From an uncultured Methanoregulaceae archaeon (GTDB taxonomy: Archaea > Halobacteriota > Methanomicrobia > Methanomicrobiales > Methanospirillaceae), in contig CAVUEE010000009.1 of assembly GCA_963740465.1 (NCBI GenBank), positions 58,700 to 122,699 on the forward strand: DNA of 64,000 nt, in the 5' to 3' direction. Shown here piece after piece: positions 36,206-45,838 of the stretch. Under the pieces are notes generated by a model, which saw nothing but the letters and a program-made list of their open reading frames with translations, ran no database searches and was not told the origin of the DNA. Numbering within the stretch: the first letter of the stretch is position 1; the number at the start of each line of letters is the position of its first letter. A program made the translations under genes and the position numbers.

Positions 36206-36240
36206 GCGTGCGCTCCGGGGTAAGATGCGACGGGGAAGGT

Positions 36241-36250
36241 TATATTATTT
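36241..36250 (-). promoter_or_regulatory. TATA-box-like element (AAATAATATA on minus strand) for the coiled-coil/smc/scpA operon
   Basis: ~40 nt upstream of the ATG at 36205, in a divergent intergenic region. Confidence 0.4.
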
Positions 36251-36300
36251 CTTTTTTCGTCAACAGGAAGATTCGACATCACTTTTATAATTTTACCGCT

Positions 36301-36330
36301 TTTCCCTAAATTCTTGCGCGTTTCCCTAAA
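36301..36330. repeat. Direct repeat TTTCCCTAAA-N10-TTTCCCTAAA in the smc/glyA divergent intergenic region
   Basis: Exact 10-mers at 36301-36310 and 36321-36330, two helical turns apart. Confidence 0.6.
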
Positions 36331-36350
36331 AGTTCCGGTTGACAGAGATG

Positions 36351-36363
36351 TTTTATTATTTAC
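36351..36363 (+). promoter_or_regulatory. TATA-box-like element (TTTTATTATTTAC) upstream of glyA
   Basis: 40-50 nt upstream of the ATG at 36403 (65-75 nt from the alternative ATG at 36427). Confidence 0.35.
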
Positions 36364-36402
36364 AATCTACCGGGCAATTCCGGGCCGAAGAAACACTCAT
36401 AC

Positions 36403-37668
36403 ATGCCGGGGTCTAAATTTGTTTATATGTCGCACCTTGCCGATGTGGACCCCGAACTCGCGCGTATCATCGAGTGCGAGCGGGTCCGCCAGGTAAACGG
36501 GCTCGAGCTGATCGCCTCCGAGAACCTCGTGAGTCGAGCCGTTCTCGAAGCGATGGGCTCGATCATGACGAACAAGTACGCCGAGGGCTACCCGGGCAAG
36601 CGCTATTACGGCGGGTGCGAGTTCCATGATCAGGCCGAGGACCTCGCGCGCGATCGGGTCAAGCAGCTCTTCGGCGCCGAGCATGCGAACGTGCAGCCCC
36701 ACTCGGGCACCCAGGCGAACATGGCCGTCTACTTCTCGGTCATGGAGTGTGGCAAGGACCGGATGATGTCCATGTCGCTGACGCAGGGCGGCCACCTCTC
36801 GCATGGCTCTCCGGTCTCGTTCAGCGGCAAGATGTACGAGGTCCACCAGTACGGCGTGGACCTTGCAACCGAGACGCTCGACTACGGCGCCGTCGAAGAG
36901 CTGGCCCGGAAGGTGAAGCCGAAGGTGATCGTCTGCGGCGCATCGGCCTACCCGCGCGAGATCGACTTCGGCGCGTTCCAGGAGATCGCGGACGACGTCG
37001 ACGCCTACTGCATGGCCGACATCGCGCACATCGCCGGTCTCTGTGCAGCAGGGATACATCCGAATCCGACGGGTGTGGTGGACTTCGTCACCTCGACCAC
37101 GCACAAGACACTCCGCGGGCCCCGGGGCGGGTTCATCCTCTGCGGGGCCGATCGGGCACAGCAGGTCGACAAGGCAATCTTCCCGGGGATACAGGGCGGC
37201 CCCCTCATGCATGTGATCGCGGCGAAGGCGGTCTGCTTCCGGGAGGCGCTCAAGCCCTCGTACCGCGACTATGCCCGACAGGTGGTGAAGAACGCGCAGG
37301 CGATGGCCGGGGTCCTCGACGAGGCCGGGCTTCGGCTCGTCTCGGGCGGCACCGACAATCACCTGATCCTCATCGACCTCTCGAACCGGGGCATCACCGG
37401 GCTCGAGGCCGAGGTCGCACTCGGCAAGGCCGAAATCACGGCCAACAAGAACACGATCCCGAACGAGAACCGCTCCCCGTTCGTGACGAGCGGTCTCCGA
37501 ATCGGCACGCCCGCAGTCACCTCGCGCGGTATGAAGGAGGAGGAGATGCGGCAGATCGGTGAGTGGATCGCCCGCGTACTCGCCGACATCACGAACGAGG
37601 TCGTCATCCGGGAGGTCGGGCGCGAGGTCGAGGCGATGGCCTCGCAGTACCCGCTCTACCCGGCATAA
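36403..37668 (+). CDS. glyA: Serine hydroxymethyltransferase
   Basis: 421 aa (alternative start 36427, [11 protein letters not shown]). Has ..[37 protein letters not shown].. and the [17 protein letters not shown]-lysine motif. Confidence 0.95.
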   Translation: MPGSKFVYMSHLADVDPELARIIECERVRQVNGLELIASENLVSRAVLEAMGSIMTNKYAEGYPGKRYYGGCEFHDQAEDLARDRVKQLFGAEHANVQPHSGTQANMAVYFSVMECGKDRMMSMSLTQGGHLSHGSPVSFSGKMYEVHQYGVDLATETLDYGAVEELARKVKPKVIVCGASAYPREIDFGAFQEIADDVDAYCMADIAHIAGLCAAGIHPNPTGVVDFVTSTTHKTLRGPRGGFILCGADRAQQVDKAIFPGIQGGPLMHVIAAKAVCFREALKPSYRDYARQVVKNAQAMAGVLDEAGLRLVSGGTDNHLILIDLSNRGITGLEAEVALGKAEITANKNTIPNENRSPFVTSGLRIGTPAVTSRGMKEEEMRQIGEWIARVLADITNEVVIREVGREVEAMASQYPLYPA

Positions 37669-37700
37669 CCCAGATATACGACGAGACGGAAGGAGACACC

Positions 37701-38538
37701 ATGGCAACGGTCCTCGACGGCAAGGCGGTCTCGGAGAGACGGCTCGGACTCCTGCGCGAGACTGATCGACGAGTCCGGCCTTCACCCGCGACTCGCGACC
37801 GTGCTCGTCGGCGACGATCCGGGCTCGTCGCTGTACGTCCGGATGAAGCATCAGGCATGTGAACGGGTGCATATCGGCTCGATCAACGTGACCCTGCCGG
37901 AGGATGCGACAACGGCGCGGGTTGCGGAGACCGTGCGGAGGCTGAACGATGACCCCGAGATCAGCGGGATCCTGGTCCAGCTCCCGCTCCCGGCGGGGAT
38001 CGACCAGGAGGCCGTGATCGGCGCCGTCTCGCCCGTTAAGGATGTCGACGGCTTTCACCCCTGCAATCTCGGCCGGCTCTTCTCGGGCCGGCCGCGCTTC
38101 TCTCCCTGCACGCCGGCCGGGATCATGACCCTGCTCGCGGAATACGGCATCGACCCGGCTGGTCGGCGCGCTGTCGTCATCGGCCGGTCGATCGACGTCG
38201 GACGGCCTATGGCCGCGCTCCTGCTGAACGCCGACGCGACGGTTACGGTCTGCCACAGCCGGACCGGGGATCTCGCGTCCGTGACCCGTGAGGCCGACCT
38301 CCTGGTTGCGGGCGTCGGCCGGGCGCGTTTCGTGACGGCCGACATGATCCGTGAGGGAGCGGTCGTGGTCGACGTCGGCACCAACCGGGTGGATGGGAGG
38401 CTCGTGGGCGACGTCGACTTCGAGACCGTGCGCGAACGCGCCGGCGCGATCACGCCCGTGCCCGGCGGGGTCGGGCCGATGACGATCGCGACCCTGATGG
38501 AGAACACATTCGCGGCTGCGAGACGGCAAGCATGTTGA
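37701..38538 (+). pseudogene. folD: Bifunctional methylenetetrahydrofolate dehydrogenase/methenyl-THF cyclohydrolase FolD; frame break near 37765
   Basis: ATG 37701 gives [12 protein letters not shown].., then a shift into ORF 37801..38538 (..[71 protein letters not shown]). Confidence 0.9.
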
Positions 38539-39344
38539 CCTGCACCATAGGCGGGATCCGAATCGGCCCGGGCGAGCCGGCACGGCTGATGGGCGTCATC
38601 AACGGCAGCCCCGAGTCGTTCTACCCGGGCTCCTATGCACCCCCGGCCTCGGTGCGGCGGGTTGCCGAACTGCAGGTGGAGGCCGGGGCCGCCATACTCG
38701 ACATCGGTGCCCGCTCGACTGCGCCGGGCAGCCCCCCGATCACGGTGGCTGAGGAGGTCGCGCGCATGGATGCCCTCCTCGCGGAGCTCGACGGCGCGGG
38801 TTTCGTAATCTCGGTCGACACCTCCCGCCCCGCAGTCCTCGAGACCTGCCTCGAGCACGACGTCCACATGCTCAACGACATCGGCGGCCTCGCGGACCCG
38901 ATACTCACCGCAATTGCGGGAGAGGCGGGCTTCGCCGCCTGCGGCATGGCCTCGTTCTCGACGCCGGGTGACGCCTGCGGAGTCGAGGCCACGCTCGAGG
39001 CACTCGACCTCGTGGCGGCCAGGGCCGCTGCCGCCGGGATCGACCGCCTCGTCCTCGATCCGGGAGTCGGCCTCTGGACTGCTGATAGGACAGTCGAACA
39101 CGACTGGGCGCTCTGTTGTGCCTTCGACCGGTTCACGGCGCTCGGTCACCCGGTCCTCGCGGCAATCTCGCGCAAGACGTTCATTGGGGCGCTGATTCGA
39201 CGGCCCACGGAGGAACGCCTCGCCGCCTCGCTCGCCGTCACGGCGTCGCTGCTCGCGAAGGGAGCGCACCTCGTCCGCACGCACGACGTCGCCGAGACGA
39301 CGGACCTGCTCCGGGTGCGAAACCGGATGGAGGCCTGCCCGTGA
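38532..39344 (+). CDS. folP: Dihydropteroate synthase family pterin-binding protein (FolP, or the DHPS-like enzyme of methanopterin synthesis)
   Basis: 270 aa with [48 protein letters not shown] and VRTHDV, the ordered DHPS motifs. Its start overlaps the folD stop (38532 vs 38538). Confidence 0.8.
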   Translation: MLTCTIGGIRIGPGEPARLMGVINGSPESFYPGSYAPPASVRRVAELQVEAGAAILDIGARSTAPGSPPITVAEEVARMDALLAELDGAGFVISVDTSRPAVLETCLEHDVHMLNDIGGLADPILTAIAGEAGFAACGMASFSTPGDACGVEATLEALDLVAARAAAAGIDRLVLDPGVGLWTADRTVEHDWALCCAFDRFTALGHPVLAAISRKTFIGALIRRPTEERLAASLAVTASLLAKGAHLVRTHDVAETTDLLRVRNRMEACP

Positions 39345-40120
39345 CCACCGCCTTCGCGGTCCACGCGCTGGGTACGCCGGTCCTCGTTCCCGGCGACGAC
39401 CTCGCGGGTGCGCTCCTCGACGCGGTCGCCCGGACCGATGCGGGCGCATTCCGGGATGGGGATGTGGTTGTGGTCGCCGAGACTGCGGTCGCGACGGTCG
39501 AGGGGAGCGTCATCGCGCTCGACCGGGTCACGCCCACGCCGGAGGCCGACGCGCTCGGCCGCCGGTACACCCTCGACCCACGGGTCGCACAGGTGGTCCT
39601 TGAAGAGTCCGACCGGATCGTGGGCGGCATCGACGGTTTCCTGCTCTGCCTCAAGAACGGGACACTCCTGCCGAACGCGGGGGTCGACGCCTCGAACGCC
39701 CCGCCGGGGCATGTTACGCCCCTGCCGCGGGACCCGGACGACTCCGCCCTGCGGCTCAGGTCCGAACTCGAGGCGCGCGCCGGCGTTCGCGTCGGAGTCG
39801 TCGTCGCCGACTCCCGGACCCATGCGATGCGGCTCGGTTGCTCGGGCGTCGCGATCGGCTGCGCGGGGATACGGGCCGTGATCGACGAGCGGGGGCGGGC
39901 CGACCTCTACGGTCGGGTGCTCGAGGTGACCAAGCGGGCGGTGGCCGACAACATCGTCTCGGCCGCCGAGCTCGTGATGGGCGAGGCCGACGAGGCGGTC
40001 CCGGCCGCGCTGGTCCGGGGCCTCGACCTCCCGATCGGCGACTGGAGCGGGGTCGAGGGGATCGCGGCCGACGAGTGCCTCTTCATGGGAGCGCTCCGGC
40101 CAAAAGAACAGGGGGAGTGA
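39341..40120 (+). CDS. cofE: F420-0:gamma-glutamyl ligase family protein (CofE-like)
   Basis: GTG 39341 overlaps the folP stop (GTGA). Has ..GDVVVVAETAVATVEG..LPNAGVDASNA..LPRDPDDSA..VVVADSRTHAMRLGCSGVAIG..ADNIVSAAELVMGEADE..PAALVRG, the CofE pattern. Confidence 0.75.
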   Translation: MTTAFAVHALGTPVLVPGDDLAGALLDAVARTDAGAFRDGDVVVVAETAVATVEGSVIALDRVTPTPEADALGRRYTLDPRVAQVVLEESDRIVGGIDGFLLCLKNGTLLPNAGVDASNAPPGHVTPLPRDPDDSALRLRSELEARAGVRVGVVVADSRTHAMRLGCSGVAIGCAGIRAVIDERGRADLYGRVLEVTKRAVADNIVSAAELVMGEADEAVPAALVRGLDLPIGDWSGVEGIAADECLFMGALRPKEQGE

Positions 40121-40122
40121 GG

Positions 40123-41464
40123 GTGGCTGGCGCCCTCGCGATCCCGAGGATCGTGGTCGGGGCCGCGACGAGCGGGGCCGGCAAGACCACGATCGCGGCC
40201 GGGCTGATGGCCGCGCTCACGGCCAGGGGCCTCGTGGTCCAGCCCTTCAAGGTCGGCCCGGACTTCATCGACCCGACGCATCACACCCGCTGCTGCGGCC
40301 GGGCCTGCCGAAACCTCGACCCGTTCATGATGGGCGAGGACGGGGTGCGCGAGACCTTCGCCCGGGCCGTCGCCGGGGCCGATATCGCCGTGATCGAGGG
40401 GGTGATGGGGCTCCACGACGGCGTCGACGGGACCGCGTTCGGGTCGACGGCCCACGTCGCGCGACTTCTCGAGGCACCGGTGCTGCTCGCGGTCGATGCA
40501 AAGGGGGCATCCCGGACGGTCCACGCGGTCGTCCGGGGGGTGGCCGGGTACGATCCCGCTGTCCGCGTGGCGGGCGTCGTCTTCAACCGGATCGGGAGTG
40601 CCCGCCACCGCGAGCTGATCGAGAGGGAGCGCGAGCTGCCCGTGCTCGGCTGGATCCCTCGCGACGATGCACTCACGGTCCCGAGTCGCCACCTCGGGCT
40701 CTCCCTCGCGGACGAGCTCGCATCACACGACGCATTCGGGGACGTGGTCGGCGCCCACGTCGACCTCGACGGAGTGATCGCGATTGCGCGGTCGGCCCCA
40801 TCCGCTCGCGGTTCCGTCCACACGCCCCTGCCGCCGGGGGCGATACCGCTATCGGTGTCGCGCTCGACCAGCGCCTTCTGCTTCTATTACGCTGACAACC
40901 TGGACCGGCTCCGCGATGCGGGCGCCCATCTCGTCTTCTTCTCGCCCGCGGCCGATGATCTCCCCGACGTGAACGCGCTCTATATCGGCGGCGGCTACCC
41001 CGAGCTCCACGCGGCCGCGCTCGAGGCCGGCCGGGCGCGCCCTGCAATCGCGCGCGCCGCGGCGGACGGGATGCCGGTGTGGGGCGAGTGCGGCGGGCTC
41101 GTCTATCTCTCGCGGTCGCTCGAGGCCGACGGGCGATCGCACCGGATGTGCGGCGTGCTGCCCGCCGATTCCGCCATGACCGGGGGCATCCGCGGGCTCG
41201 GGTACGTCGACGGCACCTTCGTCGCTGACTCCATTCCGGGCGATGCGCGGCGCTGGCGTGCGAGGCCACGAGTTCCACTACTCGAACTGCCTCCCCGATG
41301 CGGACGCGCGGTACACTCTCGCCCTCTCGCGCGGGCGCGGCCTCGGCGACGGGCGGGACGGGCTCTGCGAGCACGCCACAATCGCGGGGTATACACACTC
41401 GTACTTCTCGGACCGCTTCTGCTCCGCGTTCGTCAGCGCAGCGCGGGCGTTCGCACGGCGCTGA
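40123..41464 (+). pseudogene. cbiA: Cobyrinate / Ni-sirohydrochlorin a,c-diamide synthase (CbiA/CfbB family); frame breaks (~40850-40870 pair, ~41245)
   Basis: GTG 40123 gives ..PRIVVGAATSGAGKTTIAAGLMAAL..FKVGPDFIDP.. The amidotransferase half has AFCFYYADNL..GGGYPELHA..GECGGLVYL. The C-terminus GHEFHYS..HSYF is in ORF 41243..41464. Confidence 0.8.
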
Positions 41465-41520
41465 CCGAGACCATTCCATATATACCCGCCTCGCCAACCA
41501 TTCAGCAGGGAGATACGCTC

Positions 41521-42240
41521 ATGCGCACAGGATTCGCCATCTCATCCTTCTGTCTGAACGACATGCCGCTCGAGATGGCGCTCGACCGGCTCTCGGCGGT
41601 CACGGACTGCGTCGAGGTCATGGACGAGGGCTGCCACCGTCTCGATGACACCGCAGTCCTCGAGACCTTCGACCTCCGGTATATGGTCCATGCACCGTCA
41701 CGCGGCGTGAACCTCGCGAGCCTGCTCGAGCCGGTCCGGCGCGCGAGCGTCGAGGTGACGGTTGCGTGCCTCGCGCTGTCCACGGAGGTCGGGGCGCCGG
41801 TCGTCGTCCACCCCGGATATTTCGCCTGGCCGCGGGACCGGAAGCGGGCCGAGCAGCAGTTCCGGCAGTCGCTGGCGGACCTCATCGGGGCTGCGGAGGA
41901 CCTCTCCGCCACGTTCTTCGTCGAGAACATGGGGGACTGGGAGCACTTTCTGCTCAAGACCCCGGACGAGGTGTCGCTGATCGACGGCGCCGGGTTCGCG
42001 CTCGACGTCGGGCACGCGCACCAGAACCACGTCCTGCCCGCGTTCCTCGAGGTACCGGCCAGGCACTACCACCTGCACGACAACGACGGGACGACAGACG
42101 CGCATGCCGCGGTGGGGGAGGGTACGATCGATTTCTCCGCCGTTATGGCCGCGGTCCGCCGGAGCGGGGTGCGGCCCGTGATCGAGGTAGGGACCTTCGA
42201 TGGGGTCATGCGGAGCATCGCGGCCCTCGAGAGCCTCTGA
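41521..42240 (+). CDS. Xylose-isomerase-like TIM-barrel protein (sugar phosphate isomerase/epimerase family)
   Basis: The ATG at 41521 inside the fused ORF 39838..42240 gives 239 aa. Has ..VHAP..VVVHPG..FFVENM..DVGHA..HLHDNDG..D.H.., the conserved metal-ligand pattern of the AP-endonuclease-2/TIM family. Confidence 0.65.
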   Translation: MRTGFAISSFCLNDMPLEMALDRLSAVTDCVEVMDEGCHRLDDTAVLETFDLRYMVHAPSRGVNLASLLEPVRRASVEVTVACLALSTEVGAPVVVHPGYFAWPRDRKRAEQQFRQSLADLIGAAEDLSATFFVENMGDWEHFLLKTPDEVSLIDGAGFALDVGHAHQNHVLPAFLEVPARHYHLHDNDGTTDAHAAVGEGTIDFSAVMAAVRRSGVRPVIEVGTFDGVMRSIAALESL

Positions 42241-42253
42241 GAGGGTCAAAACC

Positions 42254-42259
42254 TTTTTT
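42254..42259 (+). terminator. Oligo-T (T6) after the TIM-barrel gene
   Basis: TGA at 42238-42240 is followed by gagggtcaaaaccTTTTTTa. Confidence 0.35.
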
Positions 42260-42291
42260 ACGGAACGGGGACCATGATTGTGATACGTTCC

Positions 42292-42364
42292 GCCTCAGTG
42301 GCTTAGCCGGCATAGCGCGTCCTTGGTAAGGACGAGGTCGCGAGTTCAAATCTCGCCTGAGGCT
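42292..42364 (+). tRNA. tRNA-Thr (GGT)
   Basis: GCCTCAGTGGCTTAGCCGGCATAGCGCGTCCTTGGTAAGGACGAGGTCGCGAGTTCAAATCTCGCCTGAGGCT. Anticodon loop TTGGTAA; acceptor GCCTCAG/CTGAGGC. Confidence 0.9.
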
Positions 42365-42464
42365 TCATCGAGCAATTCTATTAAATCCCTAACAACTCCA
42401 GAGCCGAATGGATCTTCAATCCTCTCTTTCAGTTTCACTGCGATTGAAAGATTTTCATCATCCC

Positions 42465-42680
42465 ATTTTTACCGTGCGGCCTGATGCGCGACTGGTGCGG
42501 CAAGTTGACACCGTGCCGAACAATCCGAAACGGCCGCACGGACGCGGGGTTCTGTTCCCGACACAGTCCATTGGCGGTCACGGTCCGATGTCTGGGTATC
42601 GGTGAATACCCGCCGTCAGACCGTGGCAGGTCAAACCGTTACACGCGGAGACCGCTACCGGCGCCGTAGCAACTTTTTAT
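42465..42680 (+). other. GC-rich structured non-coding segment ending in hairpin + T5 (candidate small RNA or leader; identity unknown)
   Basis: Perfect 10-bp inverted repeat ccgtgcggcc (42472-42481) / ggccgcacgg (42532-42541). Nested helices cacggtc (42579-85) / gaccgtg (42619-25) enclose gggtat (42594-99) / ataccc (42606-11). A hairpin gctac..gtagc (42654-42670) is followed by TTTTT (42674-42678). Confidence 0.25.
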
Positions 42681-42817
42681 GTCCTTTGCAAAAAAGATCG
42701 CCGCACCCATCTGCATAATTGCTGAAATATACAGTTCCTTTTTAAAAGGTGGAAATGATCTTCTATTTGTATAATTAATAAAAAAAAGCAATAGTGTTCA
42801 TTCAGGTCTGATTGCTG

Positions 42818-43414
42818 ATGGCTGAAACAAATATGAGTGCAACATCATTGGTTGAGATTAAGGATATTACCGGGGGAGCAGGCGCGCTCGGACTTTTGGG
42901 GTACGGGATGCCGGGAGTTCTGCTGGGTCTCGCGAACGCGGGATTAATCCAGACGGGATCTGTGATCCTCGGCATGGCGATCTTCATGGGCGGAGTCGCC
43001 ATGTTCACTGCCGGCCTGATGGAGTGGAAGAAGGGCAACACCTACGGATTGGCAGCATATGGATCCTATGGCCTGTTCTGGTTCTCCTACGCGGCGCTCC
43101 TCCTCCTTCCGGCCCTCGGGCTCGTCAAAGATACCGGGGGTGCGGGTGCAATGGCTGCATATCTTGCTCTCTGGGGGCTGTTCACGCTCATTCTCTTCAT
43201 CGGGGCGCTGAAGATGACACGCGCGCTCCAGTTCGTCCTCGGGACGCTTGCCCTGGTGTTTTTCCTCGAGGCCGCAGGGGCGGCGACGGGCGCCGGGATG
43301 TTCACGGTTATTGCCGGTTACGTCGGCATCGTCAGCGGCCTCGCTGCCATCTACACCGCGCTGGCGCCGGTCCTGAACGATATCTACGGGACGACCGTTG
43401 CTCCGCTGGGATAG
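42818..43414 (+). CDS. GPR1/FUN34/YaaH family acetate (succinate-acetate) channel protein
   Basis: ORF 42812..43414 (TTG); ATG at 42818. It has six TM spans, and ..GGVAMFTAGLMEWKKGNTYG..AYGSYGLFWFSYA.. matches the family NPAPLGL/YGxFW region. Confidence 0.8.
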   Translation: MAETNMSATSLVEIKDITGGAGALGLLGYGMPGVLLGLANAGLIQTGSVILGMAIFMGGVAMFTAGLMEWKKGNTYGLAAYGSYGLFWFSYAALLLLPALGLVKDTGGAGAMAAYLALWGLFTLILFIGALKMTRALQFVLGTLALVFFLEAAGAATGAGMFTVIAGYVGIVSGLAAIYTALAPVLNDIYGTTVAPLG

Positions 43415-43441
43415 GCACCTGATATCTCGAATTATGGGATT

Positions 43442-43481
43442 GCAGGGGAGTATCCGATAGGATACATCCCTGCCGTTTTTT
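43442..43481 (+). terminator. Strong hairpin followed by T6 after the acetate-channel gene
   Basis: gcaggggagtatcc-gata-ggatacatccctgc (43442-43473), then cgTTTTTTcc (T6 at 43476-43481). Confidence 0.55.
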
Positions 43482-43808
43482 CCTTTTCAACCATACCCCC
43501 GTCACACATTGTCGGCCTCTTTTTCGCGAATATATCTCGATCGATTGGTGGCCGATCCTCCATCGGCATGGAGCAGCCCGCTTCGTCGTCATCTCAAAGT
43601 CGTCGCCGGCCTCGAACCGCGCCAGGAGACTCCCAGCGAAGGGGTATCCGACGCCGTCCTGTCACGCTCTGAAGAAATGGCCGTTTCCCGAGGGATAGGA
43701 TATGAGTACCATCCGCCATGTCCTCTGCCCTCCTCGTCCACAGGCTCGAGAACAGATAATTGGCGTTTGGCGAAGAAGTGGGGTGGCAGAGATCGGGTAC
43801 TGGAAAAT

Positions 43809-44841
43809 TTATTTGATGCCGGCCTTCCATCTTTCGGCCGGGTACCACCGGACGAATTTTCCGGCCGGCGGCGTGATGCCGTAGGCGCGGCTACCGGGCT
43901 TGAGCGTTGCCTCGGGCGCCGTCACCGCTCTCGGCCCGCTCGTATCGGCCGCGGTCCCGCCAGAGCCGAACTTCGTCCCGATGAACGACCCGGGATTGCC
44001 GATCGCGTACCGCTTCCCGACGCCGAACGTCGGCTGGGCACCAGGTGCGATCACCGTCGGAGTGACGATACCAGTCGAGCTTCCAGGAGATACGGTCCCG
44101 GGTACGGATGTCGCGACAGGCACAACAGGGTAGACCGGCGACGAGGTTGGGAAAGTGATCGAACCTCCCGATGTCGGGATCGGCGTCGGCGATGCACCCG
44201 TCGTTATCGGTGTGGGGATGATCACCGTCGGGATCGGCGTCTGCCCTACCCGCCGTCGGGATCACCGTCGGAACTACAATCGTCGGTACCGACGTCGGGG
44301 GCATTGAAGTCGGTAACGGCGTCGGAACGATGACGGGTGGCGCGCCGCCGACAGTCAGGGTCCCGGGGGACGTGGAGACGGCGTACAGGTTTCCGTCACG
44401 GTTCTGGACGCCCAAAGTCGGGTCCGGGGTGACCACGATGCCGGTGCTTCCAATCGCCGTGCCCTTCACTGTGAGGGTTGCGAGAAGCACGCCCGTCGCG
44501 CCCTCGGGAACCTGCTGCGACAGGTCCGCGCTCTTCAGGACGACCTGCCCTGACGGGAGGGCTGACGCGGACTTCAGGGCGGCCCAGTCGGGAAACGTAA
44601 CAGCCGTGATCGTGGCGACCGACGGATTGCTGAGGCTCACGGTGATCTGGTAACCTGAGATCCCGCCGGCGGCCGAATCGAGGACGATCGGTATGGATGC
44701 GGTCTCTCCGACAGTCCCGATCTGGAAGGACCCGGTCGCGAGGTTCGCCGCGGCGACACCGGATATCAGCGCGCAGACGCAAGCGATGACCATGGCGGCC
44801 CCGAGGGCCAGGCGAGGTCGGTTGTGGTGCCGAACATTCAT
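43809..44841 (-). pseudogene. Secreted cohesin-like-domain protein with Pro/Thr linker and conserved C-terminal RWYP..RW.AG module; frame break near 44230-44260
   Basis: ATG 44841 gives MNVRHHNRPRLALGAAMVIACVCALISGVAAA (signal). The ..GYQITVSLSNPSVATITAVTFPDW.. domain and PT-rich linker are in ORF 43891..44898. The C-terminus ..FGVGKRYAIG...GKFVRWYPAERWKAGIK is in ORF 43809..44225. Confidence 0.55.
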
Positions 44842-45838
44842 GCTCAAACTGCAGGTATCGGAGAATGATAAACGTTGCGCTCGTACCACAACGGACACTC
44901 GGAATGATCCCGGCCAGAGAACGTCGTCCTACCCAGACAGGTTCGGGAACTCTATGGTGAGGGCGACGGGGGGCGGAATCGGCGTATCCTTATCGACTGG
45001 TGAAGCTCCGGCCGATATCCACGTACATCGATTGCAGCGGATCTCATCTATTCCAGAATCGTGGGAGAAGGCCGGATCGCGATTGGATCGATATTCATGT
45101 ATCAAGATATGTATCGCTACCCGACAAAAAGGCGTTCCGGCACTCCTCGCCGTGCCGGGACCTCCGACGTAAAAGATATCGAGCTCATGCAGGAGGGTAG
45201 CAGAGCGGGAGAGGAAGTCGTCCTGTGCTGGGTAGACGCATTATCACCAATCACTCCACATTCAGGCCTGATGATTGCGTTGGGATCGTTGACCTGCCCT
45301 CGGATGGGCGCCCTCGCGAAGGTCCTGATCGAGATCGGCAGTCGCGGGGCAATCGACACCGAGACCATGATGGCAATGCTCCCCGAACGGTGTGCCGGGC
45401 CGTGAAGGAGATGGGATAGGCCTCCCAAGCCCTGTGCAGGTTCAGATGCGCGATCGATCTCCCTGATGTGACGGTGGAGGATGCCCTGTGGGGGAGATCG
45501 CAATCATGATCGACCTCATATCGGATCCGGGATCTTCCAGCCATCATGCTGATGAGCATCGGAAGGTGTCCTTCAGGCCAGCCCGGTCGGCGCTTCATCA
45601 GGATCAGGGCATTGCAGAGATATCGACCGGAGAGATTTCAAACATCGCGTGGGCCAATTACCTTCTTCAACCCTGGCACTTGAGCCTTTGACTCTGCTCG
45701 TGCGACAGGTCCGACCGTGGCTGCATAGTCAATCATCTCTCCAGGACACTATCCCGGAGCCCGCCCTGGCCAGAGGGCGATAACAGAGAAGAAGTCTATT
45801 TATCTCACCCGCTCGAACCTGAGCGACGGAAGGCCTCA

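Noticed and set aside
42414-42450. A 37-nt CRISPR-repeat look-alike, CTTCAATCCTCTCTTTCAGTTTCACTGCGATTGAAAG. It starts like GTTTCAATCC-type repeats and ends in ATTGAAAG, the typical 8-nt crRNA handle.
   Set aside because: There is only one copy. I saw no second repeat, spacer periodicity or cas gene anywhere in the window. It may simply be a hairpin (ctttca/tgaaag), and a solitary degenerate repeat cannot be called an array.
42700-42811. Replication-origin idea for the extremely AT-rich stretch with GTTCC...GGTGGAAAT and the CCTTTTTAAAAGG palindrome.
   Set aside because: There is no orc1/cdc6 gene nearby and no repeated ORB-type elements. The position directly upstream of a start codon fits an ordinary promoter/5' region.
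43415-43808. Possible small gene between the acetate-channel terminator and the cohesin-like gene (ORFs 43509..44333 +, 43594..43848 -, 43332..43592 -).
   Set aside because: All candidates are low-complexity or run antisense into the neighbouring gene. None has a family signature or a convincing start context.
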